Assembly: GCF_000025505.1 (NCBI RefSeq)
Contig: NC_013849.1
Location: 1,080,001-1,112,000 of the forward strand
Length of the DNA stretch: 32,000 nt
Direction of reading: 5' to 3'
Source: Ferroglobus placidus DSM 10642
GTDB lineage: Archaea; Halobacteriota; Archaeoglobi; Archaeoglobales; Archaeoglobaceae
A program made the translations under genes and the position numbers. The notes under the pieces were generated by a model, which saw only the letters and a list, made by a program, of their open reading frames with translations, did no database searches and had not been told where the DNA came from. Below are positions 25,488 through 32,000 of this stretch, piece after piece. Numbering within the stretch: position 1 is the first letter of the stretch; each line of letters starts with the position of its first letter.

Positions 25488-26408
25488 ATGGGGATGGAAG
25501 TGATTAACCCAAAGATTTTGCTCGAATTCGCAACGGCGAACATGAGAAAAAGCGGAACTCCGGTGGGTTTGTTGAAAGAAGAGGTGAACAGCTGGTGGGA
25601 GGGATTCGAGATTAAAAGAGAAGGTGAGTGGTTTTTCTTCACCGGACTACTTTACCAGCTGACTCCGTATATTGAAAAAACTGTGGAAAAGATCGAAATT
25701 CTCGAGAAATTGAAAATGGATGGCTTGATTCGATTTTCAAAGTTCGCACCGAGCAAAATCTTGAAATTTTTCGCGTCTCCAAAGAAGGAAAGGATTGCCG
25801 AAACAAAAAACATCGTAAGGAGCATTTACAAACTCCTTGAGAGAGCCGGGATAAATGTTTGGTACGATCCAGAACTTGATTTCTACAGCGGAGTGCTCCT
25901 CTACGAGTTGGGTGAAGAAGAGAAATTCGAAAAACATGCCAAGCTCGTGATTGAAAGTCTCGAAAAAGCTGGAGTGAAAAAGATAGTCACAATCGACCCC
26001 CACACAACTTATGCGTTAAAGCACCTCTATCCCGAGAACACCTTTGAAGTTGCAAGCTACATAGAACTCGTGAAAGATTTGAAGGGAAATGTTAAAGAAG
26101 AGGTCGTTATCCACGACCCCTGCTACTACTCGAGGTATTTAAAGCTTTACGAGGACGTAAGGGAGATTCTGAGCAACTTCGGAATTGCTTATCGCGATGT
26201 GAGAAATTCGAAAGAGCTCACTTCCTGCTGCGGAGGTCCCGTAGAAGGGTTGTCTGCAAGAGTGGCTAAAGAAGTTGCTAAGCTTAGAGTTAACGAGCTC
26301 GGAAGGGAAAAAATAGTTACCTCATGCCCCATTTGCGTGTCAAATCTGAGAAGAGCAGGAGGAAACGTTGTCGATTTAGCTCAGCTAATCTCTAAAGAAA
26401 ACTTTTGA
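25488..26408 (+). CDS. CCG-domain (HdrD/GlpC/GlcF C-terminal-like) iron-sulfur protein
   Basis: 306 aa; 'VVIHDPCYYSRYLKLYEDVREIL', 'ELTSCCGGPVEG', 'IVTSCPICVSNLRRAG'; no CxxCxxC ferredoxin motif. Confidence 0.85.
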   Translation: MGMEVINPKILLEFATANMRKSGTPVGLLKEEVNSWWEGFEIKREGEWFFFTGLLYQLTPYIEKTVEKIEILEKLKMDGLIRFSKFAPSKILKFFASPKKERIAETKNIVRSIYKLLERAGINVWYDPELDFYSGVLLYELGEEEKFEKHAKLVIESLEKAGVKKIVTIDPHTTYALKHLYPENTFEVASYIELVKDLKGNVKEEVVIHDPCYYSRYLKLYEDVREILSNFGIAYRDVRNSKELTSCCGGPVEGLSARVAKEVAKLRVNELGREKIVTSCPICVSNLRRAGGNVVDLAQLISKENF

Positions 26409-27159
26409 GGACTTCGTAATCGAAAATTACGTCTTCCTTACTTAAATCGTTTTTCTCCGAATCTCTCCAAAACGTTTCGATGGTGTAGTGTTCGGCTTTG
26501 AGGTGGCTAAAAATAAACTGGAAATCCAACTTTCCTCTCTTCAGAGAGATGTGATCCACCCTCTTTTCAGGCTCACAGTCGTGGACGTGGCAGACGAGAA
26601 TTCTATCTCCGAATTCGGCAACGAACTTTCTAAGCTCGTCCTCGAAATTCTTTTTGTTTGCCAAGGCGAAGTGTCCTATATCGAAGCAAATTCTCAGACC
26701 GTCAACCAGAAATTTTTCGTCGAAATTCCTGTCGTATTCAAGGCATGCGTGGAATCCGTACTCCTCGGACTTGCTTAAGATGAATTCGCAAGCTTTTCTG
26801 CCATTCTCCAGAATTTTCCTCTTCACTCTATCGAACTCCCTCGTCGGAGAGAAATAGGTGACGTGGAAGTTGTAGTAGAGGGTTTCGAATTTCGACGCAA
26901 AATCCAAACACCTCTCCACAACTTTCAGACTCACCTCGAAAATTTCATCCCTCGGCTGAGCTATGAATACATCGAGGGGCGAATGAAAAGAGATGTTCAT
27001 TTCGTAAGAGGAGAGCAAATCTTTCAGCGCTTTCGAATTTAGCTCATCCGGGAACGGATAGTCCAAAGAGAGTTCCACGTACTCGTACCCCACTTCTCTT
27101 AAAAGTTCGAGTTTCCTGTTCAAAGGAAAATCACCGTACCACACGAGCCTCCCTATCAC
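26392..27159 (-). CDS. Xylose isomerase-like TIM-barrel / endonuclease IV-like protein
   Basis: 255 aa; 'GYEYVELSLDYPFPDE', 'MNISFHSPLDVFIAQP', 'ICFDIGHFALANK', 'RILVCHVHDCE...DHISLKRGKLDFQFIF'. Confidence 0.83.
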   Translation of the reverse strand: MIGRLVWYGDFPLNRKLELLREVGYEYVELSLDYPFPDELNSKALKDLLSSYEMNISFHSPLDVFIAQPRDEIFEVSLKVVERCLDFASKFETLYYNFHVTYFSPTREFDRVKRKILENGRKACEFILSKSEEYGFHACLEYDRNFDEKFLVDGLRICFDIGHFALANKKNFEDELRKFVAEFGDRILVCHVHDCEPEKRVDHISLKRGKLDFQFIFSHLKAEHYTIETFWRDSEKNDLSKEDVIFDYEVLKSFL

Positions 27160-27231
27160 GAAAGATCAATTTCCCTACGAAATTAATCTTTTCCGTTAAT
27201 TTATTATACGCCAGATGAAAAATAAAATTGG

Positions 27232-27681
27232 ATGAGTTTGACAAAGAAGCTTGCAATACTTGCGGTAATTTTAGGAATTTTATTCGTTCTGACGAACTTA
27301 AAGAGTGACGAGGAGTTAAAACTCGTGAACTCCATCGAAGGGGAAAAAGCTGTCGAGTTAATCAAAAGAATTCACGAAGGAGAGTTCGAAATCGTAAGTG
27401 GGAGAATTCTCGAATACGAAGGGAAAGGAAAGGTAAGAGTTTGGATCGCTGAAGTTGAATCGGAGGCTCTCGCAGAAAAGTACGTCGAAGAAATGGCTTC
27501 AAAAGTTTCCAAGTACTTCAGCAAACCGGTTTATTTGGAAAACTTAAAAGCTTACAGAGTTTACGGGATGGGCAGAGTGCACTACTTTTTCTCCGCCAAT
27601 TCTTCCGTCGTATGGGTTGAGTTCGAAAATCGAGATGAGAAGTACCACTTCGAAGTTTTGAAAAAGCTGTTCTTCAGCTAA
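27232..27681 (+). CDS. Membrane-anchored or secreted protein of unknown function
   Basis: 149 aa; N-terminal hydrophobic anchor followed by a soluble alpha/beta-like domain; convergent 8 nt overlap with the next gene. Confidence 0.6.
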   Translation: MSLTKKLAILAVILGILFVLTNLKSDEELKLVNSIEGEKAVELIKRIHEGEFEIVSGRILEYEGKGKVRVWIAEVESEALAEKYVEEMASKVSKYFSKPVYLENLKAYRVYGMGRVHYFFSANSSVVWVEFENRDEKYHFEVLKKLFFS

Positions 27682-28186
27682 CATCCCTCTTCAACCAGTC
27701 ACTCAGATAAATCCTGTAGGTTTTTCCGAATCTCTCTCTGTAGATAAGATTTTTTTCTTCAAGCTTTTTCACGATCATCGACACCTTCGAAGGCGAGAAA
27801 CCCGTTCTAAAGTGTAGCGAGTCCTGAGTTACGCCCTCATTTTCTCTTATTATCTTAAAAACTTCGAGTTCGTCTCCTTCAAGAAGTTTTTCGACGACGC
27901 TCATCTTGTCATCTTCACACTTCTCTTCAATTTCCGATTTTTCTTCAGATCTCTTAGCTTCAAAGATGCGGAATGCTGAGAACAGTATGAGGACTATTCC
28001 GACTATCGTAAAAATCAAAGGAATCACGGCAAGATAGTAAGGACCCATCATCATGTAGTGGTGGGAGGAGGGAGCGAAAATGAAAGCGACTGCTATTAAA
28101 GCCACTCCGACGATTAGCGTTAATTCCCTTTCCATCAAATTCAGGAGATTTTCAACGTATTTAAGATTTCGCATTAAAAACGACAC
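27674..28186 (-). CDS. Membrane-tethered winged helix-turn-helix regulator
   Basis: Two TM segments, then 'LLEGDELEVFKIIRENEGVTQDSLHFRTGFSPSKVSMIVKKLEEKNLIYRERFGKTYRIYLSDW' wHTH. Confidence 0.83.
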   Translation of the reverse strand: MSFLMRNLKYVENLLNLMERELTLIVGVALIAVAFIFAPSSHHYMMMGPYYLAVIPLIFTIVGIVLILFSAFRIFEAKRSEEKSEIEEKCEDDKMSVVEKLLEGDELEVFKIIRENEGVTQDSLHFRTGFSPSKVSMIVKKLEEKNLIYRERFGKTYRIYLSDWLKRDVS

Positions 28187-28253
28187 AATTTTTAATGAAG
28201 TTTTCGAATAATTTAGGGAGAATAAATATCAGAGTCGGAGAGAAGAATTCAAC

Positions 28254-29204
28254 ATGGGTGTAAGGATTAAACTTAGAAGAGTCGTACAGCTCTCGTTCTT
28301 TTTGTTCTCGATTTACACTTGGTGGAGGTTCTACCTTTTCGTCAAGCATTTTGATGAGGGAACCGAATTCGTTCCCCGCCCCGTTTCCATAGAGGCTTAC
28401 CTTCCGATTGGTGGGCTCGTTTCGATAAAAAACACGCTGCTCAACGGATACATCGATCCCATCCACCCGGCGGCAATGGTCATTCTCTCCGCAATCATAG
28501 TTTCGGCTATATTTCTTAAAAGAGGATTTTGCGGCTGGATATGTCCGGTTGGAACGCTATCCGAAGCTGTCTCGTTTGTAGGAGAGAAGATTCTTCCCCG
28601 AATACGAGTTCCAGAGTTCGTAAAAGTGATAAAGTACGGTCTCATGGCTTTCTTTTTACTTACGGTTTTGATGATGGACAGATACGAAGTCGCTGCCTTC
28701 CTTCAAACGCCCTACTGGGCAATTGCTGATGTTAAACTTCTGGACTTCTGGTTGAATCCGGGAACGCTGACGATAATCGTGACTTCGCTAATAGTTCTCC
28801 TAACCCTTTTTACGAGAAACCTCTGGTGTCGGTACCTGTGTCCTTACGGAGCATTTTTAGCAATTTTCTCTTTCCTTTCAGCATTCAAAATAAGGAAAAC
28901 CAACTGCGTAAATTGTAAAGCCTGCGATAACGTTTGTCCAGCGGGAATCAAGATTAGCGAGAAAAAAGAAGTTAGCTCCCCCGAGTGCATCGCCTGTTAC
29001 GATTGCATAGAGGTTTGCAAAACTAAAGGCTTGTACATGGACTTCCTCGACAAACGGGTGAGAAAAGAGGTTTACGTGGCTGTTTTGCTTGCGATATTAT
29101 TCGGATTCGTTATTGTAGCAAAAGTTACTGGAAACTGGGACTCGGCGTTAACTTACGAGGACTACGAGAGGTTGATGAAGATCAGGAAGTTTGTAACGCA
29201 CTGA
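28254..29204 (+). CDS. NapH/CcoG-like polyferredoxin membrane protein
   Basis: 316 aa; 'RGFCGWICPVGTLSE', 'LWCRYLCPYGAFLAI', two 4Fe-4S motifs CVNCKACDNVCP and CIACYDCIEVCK, several TM. Confidence 0.92.
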   Translation: MGVRIKLRRVVQLSFFLFSIYTWWRFYLFVKHFDEGTEFVPRPVSIEAYLPIGGLVSIKNTLLNGYIDPIHPAAMVILSAIIVSAIFLKRGFCGWICPVGTLSEAVSFVGEKILPRIRVPEFVKVIKYGLMAFFLLTVLMMDRYEVAAFLQTPYWAIADVKLLDFWLNPGTLTIIVTSLIVLLTLFTRNLWCRYLCPYGAFLAIFSFLSAFKIRKTNCVNCKACDNVCPAGIKISEKKEVSSPECIACYDCIEVCKTKGLYMDFLDKRVRKEVYVAVLLAILFGFVIVAKVTGNWDSALTYEDYERLMKIRKFVTH

Positions 29205-29220
29205 GCACGAGGCACCCAGA

Positions 29221-30480
29221 TCATCTAAAGACGTGAAAGTCTTCTTTAAACCCTTCTCTAACGAGGGGTTTGCTGAGGTGCCTTCTTGCAGAGGGAGGAA
29301 CTTCGTAAAACCCCTCTTCGATGTCCCTCTCAACTTCTTTAAGTACTCTGTAGTTCACGACCTTCTTGCACCTCTTGCATCTGAAGCCTTTGCCTCTTCC
29401 TGCACTTTCCATTCTCTTCCCGCACTCGCAGATGGGGTTTTCCTCTATGAAAACCCTTGCCACCTTAACAACTCTGATCTTTTCAAGATTTAGCGTTGCG
29501 TTTTTGTAAGAGCCGTAAACTTCTACCACGTCACCGGGCATAAGCTTTCTCACGACTTTCCTGAACTGCTTAGTAGGTTCAAACGCAGCACACTCAACCT
29601 CGCCAAAGGTTGTTTCTATCTTAAAGAAGACGTGACCTCCCTCTATCTCCCAAGGAAACTCGATTACCTTACCCGTGAGCTTATAGGACCTGAACTCTTT
29701 AAGCTCCCTCACGTCTCCCTCGTCGATTATATGCATGTCCGTTCCCTGATTCGTTATGAAAATTTGATAAAAGTCGTAATCTTCAGCTTCAACGTATCTA
29801 AAAGCTTCAAGGATCTTCTCCAAGCTATCCCCTCTAATTCCAAAGAGGACCGGATCAGGAGAGTTCGGAGCGGCAACGACGACGTTATTTCCCCAGTCGA
29901 CCGTGTCCCAAGTGAAGGGGTAGGTCATTAAATCGGCTAAGAAGAAGCTTTCCTCCACGATTTCCCTTTCCTTTCCAAACCTTTCTCTTTTTCTGTAAAC
30001 GAGAAGTTCCAAAGTTCTGTCCTCCAAAGGCAACCCCACAGAGGCTAAAGCACCTATTAGCCCTCTTCCCTTCTTGTACTTCAAATGAGGGATTAGGTAT
30101 TTCCCGATTATAAATAGAGCTTCATCCAAGCTTACAACGTCCCTCAAAGCTTTAAAAGAAAAATTTTGAAGTTTATCCACCAAATCCTCCCGCACAAAAA
30201 CAACTCCCGGATGGGTGTTTTCGTCATCCAACTCCGCATACTCCTCCACGATTTCCCTGACTATTTCCACAGCTTCCCCGATCTCTCCGTCGACCAGTAT
30301 AGACACTGCCCCATTTCCCCTCGTTTTGTAGGGGATGGTGGGGTTCAACCTTATGAGCCTCGGAAATCCAATGGTTTTCATCCCGGCTTTCTCAAGTTCT
30401 TTGATCACCAAGCTGGCTATGTAAGTCGTGCACATTCCCTTTCTTGAGTCCGTGTCGTCTATCCCAATCCAGAACCTCAT
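29221..30480 (-). CDS. tiaS: tRNA(Ile2) 2-agmatinylcytidine synthetase
   Basis: 'IGIDDTDSRKGMCTTYIA', 'RLIRLNPTIPYKTRGNGA', 'YPFTWDTVDW', C-terminal OB fold and zinc ribbon 'CECGKRMESAGRGKGFRCKRCKK'. Confidence 0.96.
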   Translation of the reverse strand: MRFWIGIDDTDSRKGMCTTYIASLVIKELEKAGMKTIGFPRLIRLNPTIPYKTRGNGAVSILVDGEIGEAVEIVREIVEEYAELDDENTHPGVVFVREDLVDKLQNFSFKALRDVVSLDEALFIIGKYLIPHLKYKKGRGLIGALASVGLPLEDRTLELLVYRKRERFGKEREIVEESFFLADLMTYPFTWDTVDWGNNVVVAAPNSPDPVLFGIRGDSLEKILEAFRYVEAEDYDFYQIFITNQGTDMHIIDEGDVRELKEFRSYKLTGKVIEFPWEIEGGHVFFKIETTFGEVECAAFEPTKQFRKVVRKLMPGDVVEVYGSYKNATLNLEKIRVVKVARVFIEENPICECGKRMESAGRGKGFRCKRCKKVVNYRVLKEVERDIEEGFYEVPPSARRHLSKPLVREGFKEDFHVFR

Positions 30481-31226
30481 GGATGCGGGGACTTTCCGTG
30501 GTAGAGTACGTGAACTAAAGCCTCCGGCAATTCGTACTCTTTTATCCTGTCTTCAACAAGTTTGAAGTCGAAAGAAAACTCTTCAATCCAAACGTCAAGG
30601 TTTCTCGTGTCGATAACCGCAAACGTCGGATCGTCTTCCCTCGAATTCCTTACTCCAGCATTTCCCGGACAAACGACCTTTCCGTGCTGGGTGACTTTTA
30701 TGAAAGGCTCTTTTCCTCCGATTATCTTTATATCCGCTCTTTCGAACTCTTCGATCACCTTATCGTAGTACTCCTCGCTTTTCCAGTGATCCGCTTCCTC
30801 CCCAGTCGGATCGAAGTACGAAACGGAAACCCTCGTATCTCCGAACTTTTCCACAACGTGAAATTCCACTTCGTTCCTTAACCACTTCCTTCCCTCGTGT
30901 CCGAGCATCTCCCAGTTGAATTCGAGCATTTTGTATTCGTACTCAGGTAAATCGTTCTTGATTGCTTCTCTCTCCTCTTCGCTGAGCTCTCCAAACTTTA
31001 TTAGCATTCTGTCGAAGTATCCTCCAACGGGCGTTATCAAATCCGAGTTCTTTATAGCCTTGTAAACTTCCTTTGGGTAGGGCATGTAGCCGAATATCCC
31101 GACTATGTATATCCTCTGCACGTCTCTTCCCTCTTCTCTGTATTTTTCCCTCAGATTTTCGACTCTCGACAACAATTCAGCCAGCGCTTCCATGTTTCCG
31201 TTTAAATTCGAGGCTGCAATTATCAT
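30477..31226 (-). CDS. Metallophosphoesterase-like protein with degenerate metal-binding motifs
   Basis: 249 aa; 'MIIAASNLNGNMEAL', 'IYIVGIFGYMPYPKEV', 'VGGYFDR', 'VVCPGNAGVRN' sit where ISDxHGN, GDxxxYGP, GNHD and NPGSV motifs occur in YfcE-type enzymes; ATGA overlap with tiaS. Confidence 0.6.
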   Translation of the reverse strand: MIIAASNLNGNMEALAELLSRVENLREKYREEGRDVQRIYIVGIFGYMPYPKEVYKAIKNSDLITPVGGYFDRMLIKFGELSEEEREAIKNDLPEYEYKMLEFNWEMLGHEGRKWLRNEVEFHVVEKFGDTRVSVSYFDPTGEEADHWKSEEYYDKVIEEFERADIKIIGGKEPFIKVTQHGKVVCPGNAGVRNSREDDPTFAVIDTRNLDVWIEEFSFDFKLVEDRIKEYELPEALVHVLYHGKSPHP

Positions 31227-31299
31227 TCCAACACCTCCAAGGAGATTTTAGATTCGTATTTTAGGGTAAGTATTATATATTTTAGCCTACGAAGCTGCT

Positions 31300-31863
31300 G
31301 TGATGTATGATGAAAAGTGGTTCAACAACTGGATCGAGAGAATCAAGAGCGAAGAGATCGACTTGGATAACGTCGATACTCTCGAAGTTTTCGATAAGTT
31401 TCTTGAGGATGTCGTAGTAGCGTGCTACAATTTGCTGAGAGCGGTTAAAGAGAGAGAACTGAAAAAGAAGGAAGCCGAAGAAGAGTTAAAGAAAGTGAAG
31501 GAAATGCTGGAAAGGGAAATCGATCTCGGAGACGAGATCAAGAACGACCTATTTACGATGACAAAGGAGAGCGCAAAGCTCGTCGTTAGGGCAGCTGAAA
31601 TTGCTTTGAGCGGAAAAGTGAGCAAGAAGAGCTTTGAAAAGTTGCTCGAAGAAGCTTTAAGGAAGGAAAAAGAAGGGAAAATTGAGGAGGCTTTTGAAAT
31701 TATTGCGATGATGGGGGCGAAAATATTCAGAAACGAGAAGCTTCCGGAAATGGAGTTTCCCGAAGAGTCGGAGCTCTTGGAGTATTTCGACGGTCTCGAT
31801 GCTATAAACACGGTTATTCTCTTAAGCGAGATCGATGCTGGAGAGAGTGAGGAAGAAGGCTAA
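31300..31863 (+). CDS. Acidic, helix-rich hypothetical protein
   Basis: 187 aa, charged helical composition. Confidence 0.65.
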   Translation: MMYDEKWFNNWIERIKSEEIDLDNVDTLEVFDKFLEDVVVACYNLLRAVKERELKKKEAEEELKKVKEMLEREIDLGDEIKNDLFTMTKESAKLVVRAAEIALSGKVSKKSFEKLLEEALRKEKEGKIEEAFEIIAMMGAKIFRNEKLPEMEFPEESELLEYFDGLDAINTVILLSEIDAGESEEEG

Positions 31864-32000
31864 GGAATTTGGATTTACCTACGATTTGTACAAATACCTA
31901 CTTTTCACCTTCGGTAAGAGGGGAGAGAAGGCTTTTCTCTACGTTAAAGAGGGGAGAGTTAAAAAGTACAAGGACTTTTTCGTCGTAGTTGGTAGAGAGG
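31847..32000 (+). CDS. Partial CDS running off the window, absent from the supplied ORF track
   Basis: GTG at 31847 opens frame MRKKAKEFGFTYDLYKYLLFTFGKRGEKAFLYVKEGRVKKYKDFFVVVGRE with no stop to 32000; 17 nt overlap with previous gene. Confidence 0.6.
   Translation, partial: MRKKAKEFGFTYDLYKYLLFTFGKRGEKAFLYVKEGRVKKYKDFFVVVGRE

Noticed and set aside
26392-27159. Confident assignment as a DNA repair endonuclease IV
   Set aside because: The TIM-barrel family is functionally broad; too few metal-ligand motifs could be verified by eye to claim AP endonuclease activity.
1-32000. CRISPR array, tRNA genes or insertion sequences
   Set aside because: No regularly spaced direct repeats, no recognisable tRNA T-arm/anticodon arrangement and no transposase-like ORF were seen. 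This was a by-eye check; tRNAscan-SE and CRISPR detection would be decisive.

Overview
The window looks like a gene-dense archaeal chromosome segment. The lineage is probably Archaeoglobales-like; this is inferred from gene content (TiaS, rps15, rps17e, archaeal riboflavin-pathway reductase, GTG/TTG starts with strong GGAGG/GGTGAT ribosome-binding sites, many cytochromes) and not tested. Main blocks: (1) an ArsR-type regulator with a His-rich membrane protein; (2) a minus-strand respiratory operon of molybdopterin oxidoreductase, 4x[4Fe-4S] DmsB/NrfC-like subunit, diheme c-type lipoprotein and TorD-like chaperone, in which the apparent Tat signal peptide is in a different reading frame from the catalytic subunit; (3) a five-gene DUF58 / membrane protein / transglutaminase / membrane protein / MoxR operon; (4) CinA/MoaB-like, RibD-like reductase and Mn-dependent pyrophosphatase genes; (5) a second respiratory operon of small 3-TM protein, tetraheme cytochrome, Tat-ferredoxin, NrfD and a decaheme NapC-like cytochrome with an N-terminal zinc ribbon; (6) a coiled-coil protein, a glutaredoxin and ferredoxin:thioredoxin reductase pair, DUF371-like, rps15, rdgB, MBL hydrolase, rps17e and dapA-like; (7) a divergent FMN alpha-hydroxyacid dehydrogenase / CCG Fe-S protein pair, a TIM-barrel protein, a membrane-tethered wHTH, a NapH-like ferredoxin, tiaS, and a metallophosphoesterase-like protein lacking its catalytic motifs. 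No CRISPR array, rRNA, tRNA or transposon was identified by eye. The best candidates for novelty are the split Tat signal, the zinc-ribbon/decaheme quinol-oxidising module and its possible partnership with the anchorless molybdoenzyme operon.
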